A stretch of DNA of 64,000 nucleotides, taken from Marsupella aquatica. Lineage: Eukaryota; Plantae; Marchantiophyta. Shown here piece by piece: positions 34,934 through 47,269 of the stretch. The stretch lies in NCBI GenBank assembly GCA_973895155.1, contig OZ316892.1, positions 17,288,357-17,352,356 of the forward strand, in the 5' to 3' direction. How positions within the stretch are numbered: the stretch's first letter is position 1; the number at the start of each line of letters is the position of its first letter. The position numbers and the translations under genes were made by a program. A model generated the notes under the pieces. It had not been told where the DNA came from. It saw only the letters and a program-made list of their open reading frames with translations, and searched no databases.

Positions 34934-37900
34934 TCATACATTATCGTTATCTTCAGACTCCCAAACATCCCCTTCATCATCCTGCTTCGATGGGGAAACA
35001 CTTATAGGGAATTCCTTCACTGTGTCTGCAGTAACATCCATCCAAACATTTTTGCTGACCCCTTTTGGCATATCAGTAGTGACCTCTCCCGTTGACTTAG
35101 TGATTGGCATTCGGACTTTGTGGGCTGATTTGCGACCCCTTTCGGCTTGCAACTCTGCGGCCTTCTCGGATAATTTCCGCTTCCTTTTGGTCCTACCATT
35201 CACTCCAAGCTCTTCCTCTGCATTAACATTACACAAAAAAAGGCCCCTGAGAGACTTTGGGATAACAAATCAAAATCAGCTCATTATCGGGCAGGGACTG
35301 CCGGCCTTCTTACAAACAGCAGATGTACCCAAAATCCTGTCGAAGAGGGGTAATCTTTAGTCCCGATGGGTGAGGAGGCCGACAACGAAATCTTCAAATT
35401 CTTTGTAAATCTATACTCGTGCTGAGCTCAATCTTTACCTGGTATAAAATCGCCCATACAATTGGCAGTTAACTCCATCTCCATTAAACTGGGCCCTGGT
35501 TCGGAAGCAGGAGACCTGTCTGATTCTGTAGCACTGCTGCTAGAAGGTTTGGGTGGAGTTGTTGTGTGCTCACGAAATGATGTCACTAGAGGTTCATCCC
35601 GCACCGGCACAGTCGGTAAAAAATAGAGTCCATCTTGTGATTCATCCGAGTCACTAAATGCTGCTACTTTCTCCGTTGTTAAGATATCTACCTCCACATC
35701 GTCCTCCATCGACGGAACCTGTACCTGCAACACCTTCACAGTTCAAAAGAAAGGAACTACGTCCACAGAAACAGACCTAGTCAAAGGACTTGCACTGTAA
35801 AACGCGAGATTTTCAACATTTATCAAAAGGTTTCTTCCCGGCTTCTCAATCATTGAAGAACTAGGCCGGAAGAAAGACACTGCGAAACCTAAATCGTCTA
35901 TGTCAACATGCAGAATAATCACCCTCATTGCAGACACATGACTAGGAGTAATCCAGAGAATTAAATTTAATCTTCTGAGCCTGCAGTTCTCATACAATGT
36001 ACATGGGGCAGATGACAACCTTGCCGACGTCGAGAACAATGTCGAACTCATCTTCTTGTTCCACGTACTCCTCATTCTCTTCCAATTCTTTAAAATCTGG
36101 GGCAAATGCACTCCAATTCTCTGTGTAATCTTTAGCCCACAAATATATAGCCCCTGACATTGATACAGACGCAACAACCGGACGTGTTGGGTGCCAGGCT
36201 AGGTCAGACAGGCCCTCCTTAGGGCCTTCAAGTATGCGAGCAAGTTGCCCGAAATTCCTGTTCCATATGTGGATCTTGTGCTCTCCTTTATTGGCAGACG
36301 CTCCAACCACACATTCACCATCCCCGTTGAAGCAAGCAGCTTTCCAGTGCATCCTATTTACGGCGTCCTGATACTCTCTTGTCATTTGGAGACCTCCAGA
36401 GTGCCCGCTCTCAGAAAAATCTCCATTTGAAGATAAATCTATAATTTCAGACAATCGTGCAGCTGAGCCGTTCCTGGGCAGTCGATTTTCAAATACACGA
36501 ATGATTCTATCATTTGAGTTTGTCAGCAGGTATTGACCGTTTCGACTGAAAACAATGTGCCGAATCGCAGCACCTCCAGGTATCGGGACAACGGCTCTTA
36601 CCTTGTATGACTTTGCGTCAACAATCACTATCTCACCCCTAAAATTTCCAACATAAATTAAGTCACCCTTCTTATTAAAGCTGGCTGTAGAAGGCGAGTA
36701 AGCCGCATTGGCATCACCATGCTTCCCGCGTATACTGCCACCACTATTGTCCCCAATCACTGTGGGAACAACGACAGGTAAAGAACGAATGGTAAGGCCA
36801 TCAAAATCTACTGAAATTGGGGCACCACTCAGTGGACACGCCAAACACGAAGTGGGGACGGTTACTCCTGGATCCAAGAAGCAATGGAGGGCTGCTTGCG
36901 GTAGGGTAATCTCGGAGATTTTCACACCGTTGGCAACATCCCATAGCACGAGTCGCTTATCAGTTGAAGCTGCTAGCAAGCGATGCCCACACTTGGACCA
37001 GCTCACACTTGTCACCGGTGAAGTGCAATCAGGATCTCGTAACTCTTTCGCTACTCCGCGTGTATCAAAATCCCAGATAACACAAGCACCATCTGTACAC
37101 CCAGCTGTCCACCACAACACCGGCAAAACCATCCTCGTCAACAGCAAATACAGTACTTTTGACCAGAACAACTGCATCTGCATAACTAAGCCCCTGCCTC
37201 CTCAAGTCTATCCTTCTCATAAGGTAGTCAGGTCAGGTCCGCAGCGAATTTGGCAGAGCTCTGCTTTCAAGAAGAATAAAGGGACCAGGAGACCAGGCCC
37301 ATGGCCAAACAACAGACCCATAGATTACTAACTCTGTTCCCCATCACGCAAGAGTTTGAAACGGTAGCCATGATATCAGTACGATTTCTTCTATAATTCT
37401 GGAAATGCTGGACGGCCAGAGTCTTGACAAGTTCAAAAGAGCTAAAGCTGCATTCAGCAACCTCTAATTAGCCACCAGAACAGTATTATCAGCAATATCT
37501 GCTTATGAAGTGTGGAAAAAACCGTAACGGACCACCTTCGAAGTAAAAGGGTGATTTGTTGAAACCATTTGAAGCGGATATTTCCTGGGAAGTTTACAAA
37601 CATGACTGCCACTAAAATTATTGCATGTTTGCTGACGTAGGAGTTCACGCGGACTCGTTGAGAAGTGCATTCTAGAGAGCATGATTCTTCAATAGTCAGT
37701 TGTGGGGTTTCTCGGTCCAAGACATCTCTCAAAGCTGAGAATGAACTTAAACCACAAAATCTCAAAATTAAGCGGAAGCCGAACAATAAGTCAAAACAAT
37801 TACGGGCAATGCACATACCTGCTAGGAGTGTCCCTCGTCGATTGAAAGCTATACACTTCGCAACTCCATGCTCCAAATATTCTTCAATAACTTCCGGGAA

Positions 37901-38364
37901 ATCGCTTTGAAATGGGTCTGCTCCATGCCGACAGTCCAAACAAAGCGAGTTGGACAAACCATTAGGAGTGCTTTACGAGCGCCGATCAGTCCAGGACTAT
38001 CTATCCTTGCGGTCAAGAGGTGAGTCACGGGACAATTCTGTTTGACATGACACGCACAGTGCACAGTCTCGTCTACGTCCTCTGCCACCAGTAATTATTC
38101 GTGAAGAACACAAACGACCACGAAGCTCTCTTCAAGGTGCTTCATCCAAAACGAGGCTAGTCCGACGGAGGACTTCAAAACAAGCCTGCCGAACTCGGAT
38201 ATGGACTCCCCTTGAAAGATCGATCCCTACTACCAAAACAGAGAGAGAAAAGGTGCGGGAAAACAGCTTGAAACCCCTTACGAGCAGTCGAGCGACCGTG
38301 AAGAAGAAAGCAAAACAGAGCTTGGAAAGAGCAGGAGCGACTCACCAAGGAGGCAGAGATTCAT
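34934..38364 (-). CDS. RBL: RBBP5/SWD1 WD40 subunit of the COMPASS H3K4 methyltransferase complex. Exons 38364-38346, 37917-37819, 37104-36020, 35724-35439, 35217-34934
   Basis: MNLCLLDPFQSDFPEVIEEYLEHGVAKCIAFNRRGTLLAAGCTDGACVIWDFDTRG, WD40 repeats, and the diagnostic ENWSAFAPDFKELEENEEYVEQEDEFD. GT-AG junctions in phase. Confidence 0.95.
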
Positions 38365-39082
38365 GGCGTCGTCGTACACGAAATGCGGAGAATCAACAAT
38401 TGCACGCTGGCCATAACGAAGCAAGCTGCAAGGTTACGAGAATTGCAGACCATTGTCAGTGTTACTTTCTCAACTTTTCAAAATGACATTCTCCCCAAGA
38501 AAATGTTCACCGCCGTAGAAAGAAAGAAACCATGCCCTAGCGAACTCCACCTCACTGAGGCAAAAGAAATCTCTACTCTCGGGTGCGAGCATTATACAAT
38601 AGCGCGACGACGGATTCCGCACGTCATTCGGAAGCGAGGAAAACCCCGTTCGGCATCCGCGGTGCCAAACACTGCACAATCTCGCAGAGAGGGCCAACAC
38701 GATCACCGCAACACGCGAAGTGTCTATCTGAGCTGAACAGTAATCCCAGCAGACTAGCGCGTCGTTCATGCCCCCCTCACGTCACCGAGCTGCTCAATCA
38801 ATCATGCAAGAACCCGCAATCCTTCCTGTTAAAAATTACTCGTGACAAATCGACCGCACCGGAAACGATTGTCGACATACAAAACAAATACTGTTCCAGC
38901 ACTTCAAAACATCGCGCTGCTCGGAGGCATCGTTCTCCACGAGAGCAGCGGGCAGTAGAGAAGCGACCCCACGGACTACTGCAACTCCTTCGACTCCTTC
39001 GACTTCGAATGGAAAACGATCGACGAGGCGCTCACTCAATCACCTGCAGTCCTTCCTTCTTACTCGTCACAAATCTGCAACA

Positions 39083-39835
39083 CCAGAAACAAGTGTCGGG
39101 ATACAAACTGATTACCCTTTCCTTAATTAATTAAACATAATAGAGATGAGTTCCATGGATTACATGCTATTTCCTTCTTTTGCCTTGAAAACAGAAAGTT
39201 ACCCATCCAACAGAGTATAATCCTTTTTTTACTTGACAAATCAAAAACATCAGAAACAAGGGTTCGGGATACAAATTGATTACCCTTTCCTTAATTAATT
39301 ATTAACTAATTAAACATAATAGAGATGAGTTCCATGGATTACATGCTATTTCCTTCTTTTGCCTTGAAAACAGAAAGTTACCCATCCAACAGAGTATAAT
39401 CCTTTTTTTCCTTGACAAATCAAAAACATCAGAAACAAGGGGTCGGGATACAAAGTGATTACCCTTTCCTTAATTAATTAATTGAACATAATAGAGATGA
39501 GTTCCATGGATTACATTCTATTTCCTTCTTTTGCCTTGGAAACCTAAAGTTGACCCATCCAACAGAGTATAATCCTTTGTTTCCTTGACAAATCAAAAAC
39601 ATCAGAAACAAGGAGTTGGGATACAAAGTGATTACCCTTTCCTTACTTAATTAAACATATTAGAGATGAGTTCCATGGATTACATGCTATTTCCTTCTTT
39701 AGCCTTGAAAACCTAAAGTTGACCCATCCAACAGAGTATAATCCTTTTTTTTCCTTGAAAACTGAATGCTGACTCATCCAACAGCGGTCTTTCTTTTTTG
39801 CCTTGTACACCAAAACTTTACCCATCCAACAGAGG
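39083..39835. repeat. ~170-180-bp tandem repeat x4, upstream of RBL
   Basis: cagaaacaag..gggatacaaa.tgattaccctttccttaattaattaaacataatagagatgagttccatggattacatgc...cccatccaacagagtataatcc starting near 39083, 39251, 39430 and 39603. Confidence 0.92.
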
Positions 39836-39839
39836 ATAG

Positions 39840-40090
39840 GCGATGAACTCCAGAGCATGCACCATTGTGGGGTAGCCCACAAGGGGGTCACACCTTGGAC
39901 CAGGAGGGAGAGAGGGTTGGACCAGAGCCCAAAGCGGACCAGCCAGGGCTGAGAAAAAGCCAATACTCCCACCACTACACCCCACCCACACACACACTCA
40001 CCCTCCACAACCCTTGCTTGTGCAGGGGAGATTGAACCTGGAACTTCTAGATTCTAGGCGCATCCCTTGGCCAACTCACCAAAGCCAGTT
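39840..40090 (-). mobile_element. tRNA-derived SINE-like element
   Basis: Minus strand reads GGCTTTGGTGAGTTGGCCAAGGG...GGTTCAATCTCCCC: Pol III A-box and B-box-like motifs at tRNA-like spacing, followed by a GC-rich body unlike the AT-rich flanks. Confidence 0.45.
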
Positions 40091-40319
40091 TTTGTTTTGT
40101 TTTAATTTATAAAAATGGCCTCGAGGACCCGCCCCAAAAGACCGGGGGGGGGGGGGCAACGGGGGAGGGGAGAGCCCGGCCCAGGACCCCCAGGGTTGCT
40201 GAAAAGCTTGCCAAGAGGCCTCACCAAAGCCAGTTGGTTGCTATTTCCATTTCATCCTTGCTGCATCTCTCTTTCTTTGGTTTGCTTCTTCACTGAAAAC
40301 TGCTTTTTGCACCTTCACT

Positions 40320-41340
40320 AGAAATGGATTCCATGTTATTTACTCTTCATCTTTGCCCATCCCTGTTTTTTGTTTGCACCCCCACTAAAAACTAAAAACA
40401 AAGTAATCACAATTCCTCGAACACACTAGAGATACAGGGAAAAAAAAACCTTGACTAAGCAAGGATTCCATGCTATTTTCTCTTCCTCTTTGTCCCATCC
40501 CTGTTTTTTTGTTTGCATCTTCACTAAGAAAGTACTCCATGTTATTTCCTCTTCATCTTTGCCCATCCCTGTTTTTTGTTTGCATCCTCACTAAGAAAGT
40601 ACTCCATGTTATTTCCTCTTCATCCTTGCCCATCCCTGTTTTTTGTTTGCACCCCCACTAAAAAAAGAAACAAAGCAATCACAGTTCCTCGAACACACTA
40701 GAGATACAGGGAAAAAAAACCTTGACTAAACAAGGATTCCATGCTATTTTCTCTTCCTCATTGTCCCATCCCTGGTTTTTGTTTGCATCCTCACTAAGAA
40801 AGTACTCCATGTTATTTCCTCTTCATCTTTTTCCATCCCTGTTTTTTGTTTGCATCCTCACTAAGAAAGTACTCCATGTTATTTCCCCTTCATCCTTGCC
40901 CATCCCTGTTTTTTGTTTGCACCCCCACTAAAAAAAGAAACAAAGCAATCACAGTTCCTCGAACACACTAGAGATACAGGGGGAAAAAAAACCTTGACTA
41001 AACAAGGATTCCATGCTAGTTCTCTTCCTTATTGTCCCATCCCTGGTTTTTGTTTGCATCCTCACTAAGAAAGTACTCCATGTTATTTCCTCTTCATCTT
41101 TGCCCATCCCTGTTTTTTGTTTGCACCCCCACTAAAAAAAGAAACAAAGCAATCACAGTTCCTCGAACACACTAGAGATACAGGAAAAGAAAACCTTGAC
41201 TAAACAAGGATTCCATGCTATTTTCTCTTCTTCTTTGCCCCATCCCTGTTTTTTTGTTTGCATCCTCACTAAGAAAGTACTTCATGGTATTTCGTCTTCA
41301 TTTTTGCCCCATCCCTGTTTTTTGTTTGCAACCTCACCAA
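40320..41340. repeat. Higher-order satellite: ~64-bp subunits plus a spacer, in ~200-265-bp blocks
   Basis: ccatgttatttcctcttcatctttgcccatccctgttttttgtttgcatcctcactaagaaagtact subunits alternate with aatcacagttcctcgaacacactagagatacagg(a)n ccttgactaa, seen 4 times. Confidence 0.92.
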
Positions 41341-41519
41341 AAAGTGATACAAAGTGACTTTTGTGATTTATTTCATTGTATTTTTTAGTGCATTAAGTTT
41401 CCATATAGTCTCCCTTCTTTTGATGAGGGGATTATGCAAAACACTATAAGTGGAGGAAATCTAAAGCTTAAATGTAGTTTACCATACAAAACAAAGTAAT
41501 GAATTGTATCAAACATCAC

Positions 41520-42850
41520 AAAAATTTGTTCTTAATTTCTTTCATGTTTTTGGCCAAGCATGTCAACCACTTCTTGCATAGCCCTTTAATAAATTTTCCA
41601 ATTGATGCTGGTCATTCCTATCAAATTTAAGTGAGATTGCAGCCCAAAGATCTGCGAATTTCAGCCGGCCTGTTTACCTTGAAGTCATGATTGTCATCCA
41701 AGGCTAAAAAAACTGCTTCCATGTCCTTATCGTTAATTTTTGGTAGCGTTAGCGTCCTGTGTCTCTTAGCTCTTTGAAAAGCTTTGCACACTGATGAAAA
41801 TCCAAAGTACGCTTCCCATCTTCATCAAGAAGGTTAAATGTGGAATTCAAAATTTTGGTTCTTGTTTCGTCCACCCCCAAGATAATGTGCAAGCTGTCCC
41901 TTGAAACTATCATGTACAACGGCAAGAGCAAGATTGGTGATAAAGAACACCCCGATGAGAATATACAGGATGAAAGAACAAACTCGAGAACCGTGATTGC
42001 TTGTAAGCTGGCAACCATACATCAGGATTGTTTGAAGTTGTAAACATGACCGTCATTTGGTACAACATTTCAAGACAGGATGTAAACACCTCCATTCCTT
42101 GAATTGTATCCTCAAATAGAACATAAGCTAGCCAGCTCCAGAAAAGTAGAAACAAAAGCGTAAGTGCTGCAACGTCTATGAAGTCTGGTATGATGCCCAC
42201 AAAAGTCTGTATGCTATTACGGAGATCAGGAATATTTGCAGCAACAATAAAGACCCGAATGTATGAAGCCAATCTTACGGACAGAGTACTGATTGCCCCT
42301 GAAGGTGACACGTAAATTGTTTCAATACACAGTCAACAATCAGCAGTATGATCAGAGTAAATTTGAAAATGTTCAGGTGATTGACCCAAAACAGTTTATT
42401 TCCTATGAACAGGATTGGGAACAGAGTGTGCACAGAGAGTATAACTAAAGTCACAATCTCAAAACTAAGAGATTTCCATCGAGACAAGTATGGCAGCTCT
42501 CCCAAAAAGAACTTATACTTCGGACCACACGGATTCGGAAAGTCTCCCTTGCACCACAGCGGGACCTCAAAGAAGTTGAGCAGAATGATGCTTGCCGAAT
42601 TGAGAAGCCACACATAACTCAGCTTGATGTAAGCGAAATATAGCTTGGTTGCCAGGGCGGAAATCTCCTGCTCCAGCACCTTGGTAGGAATACCCTCCCC
42701 ATCCTCCGCCAGATTCACCAGAGCAGCAGCTTTCTGATACTTGTTCCCTGTGGCAACGGCGCTGGCTCTCCGAAAATAATGGTATTTCCTAGAGGTCTCC
42801 TCTGCCCCGTCCCCTGACGACCCCCGTCCATCCAACAACGGACCCTCCAT
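41520..42850 (-). pseudogene. TPC1: Intronless, frameshifted, 3'-truncated two-pore channel TPC1 copy (probable retrocopy)
   Basis: MEGPLL...YQKAAALVNLAEDGEGIP...LNFFEVPLWC, frameshift, pore MFTTSNNPDVWLPAYKQSR, frameshift, FFITNLALAVVHDSFK, frameshift, EF-hand region FNLLDEDG, frameshift, LPKINDKDMEAVFLALDDNHDFKVN. The second channel domain is absent. Confidence 0.92.
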
Positions 42851-43666
42851 CGTCACAGCACTCTGTTTACCCTCGATTCCCCGCCTCACTGCTCGGCTGC
42901 ACCATTCACTGTTCAGTCCTTATGAACTGGACTGAATGTTTCTTCTAGGGAAATAATCCCCCCAAATTTTTGTGGGTGAAGTGCTAAAGAGCTCCGACGG
43001 GAATTAGGATTCGAAAATAGAGACGAGATCAGCCCGAATCAACAAACACTCGACAGTGTGAGTTTCAGTGACCCCGTCGAGCTCACTCACTCCACAGCTC
43101 CCTCTCCGACCTCCGAAGTTGTCTGTGTTACAATGATTGATGAAATTACAGTTGCCATGAGCCTGGCTGAACATAATCTGCCATTGCTGAATCGGCTCCA
43201 ACCTACTTTCCAAACCAGGACTCACGCATCCAGAAACACTGCTGGGCACATGCGTCAGCTTTTCTCTAGATTCTAAACTCAAAAAGTATTACTGAGCTGA
43301 GACATACAGCAAGTAGCTGAGACACAGTCATACACAAGGCCCCATACGTGAGTACAGACAGATTTGGCATCTACTGTAGCAAGTAAACTAATTCTCTGGA
43401 GAATGCCGTCCAGGAGGGAGACCTGGAGCCGTCGTCCCAATCAAGACCAATTCATCTGAAACTAAAGAAACTAATAAAGCTGTCTATTTCTATTTTTGCT
43501 CTGCGTGTTTACCTTCTCAAAAACCCTCTGAAACATGACACTGGACACCCTGGAAAGGCATGGCGTCCGTGAATGACAATTGAAGCACAGGATTATGAAC
43601 CAAGCAGGGGGCAAGAAGGTGAGTGAGGGAACACACGAAGCAAAATGACAGACCGAGCAAAAGAAA

Positions 43667-44389
43667 TTAAGTTTCCGGTGGTGTCAAATCCACTTTCTCC
43701 ACCGGAACCAGAACTTCATTCGTGCGCAAAAACCACGGAGTGAACGGATCATTATATCTCGCTAGCACATGCTCTCCAATAACCCTAAACCCCGATGCCT
43801 CCTCTTGCAAGGCAGTGCGCAGGATTCCTAGCTTCTTTAGCGTAAGGCTCTCGGTCGCCACTCCACTGAACGTGATGGCTGCGACAGTCCTCGCCGAGAT
43901 CTCTCTCAACTTCACCCTTTCGTCTGTTGGCTTTGGCACGGAATCCATCGTATACTTCGCAGGTAAAATAAATTGCATGGTCGTCAACGGCTTCGTCTTC
44001 TTCTTCTCCCCATCTTCCTCCTCGGTGCCTTCTTCCATAGTGATCACGGGCGCTGTCATCGCAATGGCCTCCGAGTCCGAGCTCTTGGTGATCACGGGGG
44101 CGGTCATGGCGATTTTCTGAGCCTCTTCTCCGCCCTCATCCTTCATGTCCGCATCCTTTGAATCTGCGATAGGCGGGCCTGATTTTTTGTTGGCAGGGCT
44201 TCCGAAGGCGCCGATGTACGAGGCGAGGATCATGAATCCGCCATCTCGCCCTCCTCTCATGGTGGACGCGTCATACGAGACCTCTGCGGCAACGCAAGGT
44301 GAGTATTCGCGGATCTCGTACTTGATCCCTTTCTTAATTACGGTGTGCTTCGGAGTCTCGACGAGAATTTTGCCTAGGAACATCCCCAT
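43667..44389 (-). CDS. SOUL haem-binding family protein, 240 aa
   Basis: MGMFLGKILVETPKH...YEIREY...GFMILASYIG...IAMTAPVIT (twice)...MQFILP...LARYNDPFTPWFLRTNEV. Confidence 0.95.
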   Translation of the reverse strand: MGMFLGKILVETPKHTVIKKGIKYEIREYSPCVAAEVSYDASTMRGGRDGGFMILASYIGAFGSPANKKSGPPIADSKDADMKDEGGEEAQKIAMTAPVITKSSDSEAIAMTAPVITMEEGTEEEDGEKKKTKPLTTMQFILPAKYTMDSVPKPTDERVKLREISARTVAAITFSGVATESLTLKKLGILRTALQEEASGFRVIGEHVLARYNDPFTPWFLRTNEVLVPVEKVDLTPPET

Positions 44390-44457
44390 CTCGACGGACG
44401 AGGATCAACAAAGCTAAACTGCACTACACTAGACAAACTTCGTAACGTAATGGACAC

Positions 44458-44938
44458 GATCGACTAGGCAAAGTAGAATTGCTCGCTGAAACTCGAATCC
44501 CCGTCAGATTATTCACAGTACACAGCGAAATTCATCATCCGATGAGCTGAATAGGATCGACTCGGCAAAGTAGAGTTGCTCGCTGAAACTCGAATCCCCG
44601 TCAGATTATTCACAGTACACAGCGAAATTCCTCATCCGATGAGCTGAACAGGATCGACTCGGCAAAGTAGAGTTGCTCGCTGAAACTCGAATCCCCGTCA
44701 GATTATTCACAGTAGACAGCGAAATTCCTCTCCCGATGAGCTGAACAGGATCGACTCGGCAAAGTAGAATTGTTCGCTGAAACTCGAGTCCCCGTCAGAT
44801 TATTCACAGTAGACAGCGAGATTCCTCTCCCGATGAGCTGAACAGGATCGACTCGGCAAAGTAGAGTTTCTCGCTGAAACTCGAATCCCCGTCAGATTAT
44901 TCACAGTAGACAGCAAAATTCCTCTCCCGGTGAGCTCA
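44458..44938. repeat. 97-bp tandem repeat x5, starting ~70 nt upstream of the SOUL ATG
   Basis: gatcgact starts at 44458, 44555, 44652, 44749 and 44846. Units are nearly identical. Confidence 0.95.
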
Positions 44939-46022
44939 GGCACGACTGCACTACAATCCTGTACAAAATGGCAAAACTTCTCGAGCTATTTTTGAGATAG
45001 CAACTAGGGAGAGCTGAAGATTTCCTCGCATTCGAGAGTAAGATTTCTCCAGATGTCGTCAGTCCGTGCTACAGTAGATTTCAGACATTTTCAGTGGGGG
45101 CCATTATATCGTTTTACTCCCCGTCAGATCAAATCTGGACCTTATGTTTGTCACTCTCCAAGCTTCATAGTTTGGGATAATGGCTTTTGACAATACCTTT
45201 TTCAGAGGGTTATATAAATTTATTTATTTTCCATTAGCCACTGCATCGTTGAAGATAATGACTTTTGGCAATAGCTTTTTTCACAGGGTTATATACATTT
45301 ATTTATTTTCCATTAGCCACGGTAACTTGTGGTCATATGCTATAAATTTATTTATTATGCCATAAAAGTCTCTATAGTGACTAAAGCTGTGACTTGCTGA
45401 TAATGGCTTTTGGTCATTGTTTTTTCACATGTTTCCATAAATTTATTTATTTTCCATTAGTCTCAACAGTGACTTGCAGTCATGGCATATGACCAACCGT
45501 TATGGCCAAAAATTATAGATCATCAATGGCCAAAAATTATAGATCATCAATTAGGTAGTCCATAACTTTTTATGCTGGTATCCCTAAGGTCCATCAAATT
45601 TAGAGGTTTAAAACCCCATATTGGGTACAAACAGCTGAAAACAGTTGCCATCGCCTTTAATTAAAAGACCCTGGACCTTTTAATGAGTGAAAACAATTGC
45701 ACTTGATTGGTGGACCTTGCCACCTAGCGCTGTCGGGGGAATCTTTAGTTCTTGAGAAGCACCGAGCTCTTGTTTTTCCTATCTTGGAAGAAACCTTTCC
45801 AAAATACGTCTTTTCTCACCTCACATTACCCTTGCGATCCCCTTTGTCGATCAATTTCTCTCACCATTATCCTCTAAAATATCTCTCACAGCCTTTGTCC
45901 CACTCTACGATGAGCGGCTTCCTCACACTAAACCTCGAATCGGCCTATCCTCTTTCCACATAACTTACTTCCCAAGTCAAGTCACAGATTGCAATTTCCA
46001 ACGAATCCTACAATTAGATAAG

Positions 46023-46502
46023 TCAATTATAGAAAACAAAGACTATGATCTTAAGATTTACTATAGATGATATAATCACAGACTCTGGCATCCTAAGCAT
46101 AACATTGTATCTTTCATCTCCATATTTTCTAACTAAAACATCTCTACAATCAACCTTCTTACGGCATACCACTCTAATGTCAATAGATGAAGGAAAATCA
46201 GACACATTATTAAGAAGCCTATTCAAATCTAACTCCGGTACATTTATGGATTGTCTATTAAAATCCATCTAATATAAAATAAAAATAGTTACATTCCATT
46301 CATTTCCATAAACAACAATCGGGTATACAAATGGTGCATCGCTATTCATAACTGTTTCCATTAACTCAAACCCAAAATGATAAAGAAGATGCATTCTCAT
46401 GGTATGCTTGCTAAGACAATGAATTCTAATTAAGAAAGGATTGACAAATGGCACAGCAGGTGGGGAATAAACTCTAGGTACTCCATTTATCATATTATTC
46501 AT
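46023..46502 (-). pseudogene. Orphan 160-codon frame with one internal TAG, preceded by a putative 5'UTR intron and TATA box
   Basis: Two ORFs abut in frame (TAG at 46271-46269, then ATG). GTAAG donor at 46640, TTTAG acceptor at 46513, TATAAATA at 46714-46707. Confidence 0.35.
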
Positions 46503-46818
46503 TACAAGCACACTAAATTGATCTCAAGACTAATAAACATAAAACATAAAATAGTTCTAAGGCTAACAATCAAGTTAGTACCCAAGCATGGAGGTAAATA
46601 ATAAACAAGACATGTGCACAAGAGGGGAAGAGTTCCTTACAGTGTTGCGAGTCCGACACGATAGATCAAACAAATGTGAATAAGGAGAGTGTGCTCCTCT
46701 TCACTTTATTTATAGTGCCCCTTTGTGTTTTCCAAGAGGGCATGGATCGATACCTTGACCCTTGGATGGAAGCCAAGTGGCAAGCATCAAGCACCTATAA
46801 GTGTGCTAGTACTATTCA

Positions 46819-47128
46819 TAGTTGGTGGAACTACCGTGCGTAGTTGGTGGAATTATTACGCGTAATTGGTGGAACTACTATACGTAATTGGTGCAACTAC
46901 TATGCGTAGTTGGTGAAACTACTATGCGTAGTTGGTGAAACTACTATACGTAATTGGTGTAACTACTATGCGTAGTTGGTGAAACTACTATACATAATTG
47001 GTGTAACTACTATGCGTAGTTGGTGAAACTACTATGCGTAATTGGTGCAACTACTATGCGTAGTTGGTGGAATTACTATGCATCTAGTTTGTAAAACTAC
47101 TATGCGTAAATGGTGGAACTACTGTGTA
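46819..47128. repeat. 22-bp minisatellite x~14
   Basis: Consensus tagttggtg(g/a/c/t)aactactatgcg. Confidence 0.92.
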
Positions 47129-47269
47129 CCATTGTAAAATGTACATACTACATATAGAATGTAACATATATGCTCTAATAGTACTATGAAGCTTTTAAGT
47201 AAAACTCTCTTCACATAAACTCAAATAACATAATATGGATTCTTGCTTTCTAAAAGGAATCCCCACGAC

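Noticed and set aside
36708-37331. 207-aa plus-strand ORF, and similar antisense ORFs over the oxidoreductase, SOUL and DUF3511 genes
   Set aside because: Antisense shadows of real coding exons.
44458-47128. 97-bp and 22-bp arrays (also the 50-bp array at 60.5 kb) as CRISPR arrays
   Set aside because: Units are head-to-tail with no unique spacers, there are no cas genes, and the context is eukaryotic.
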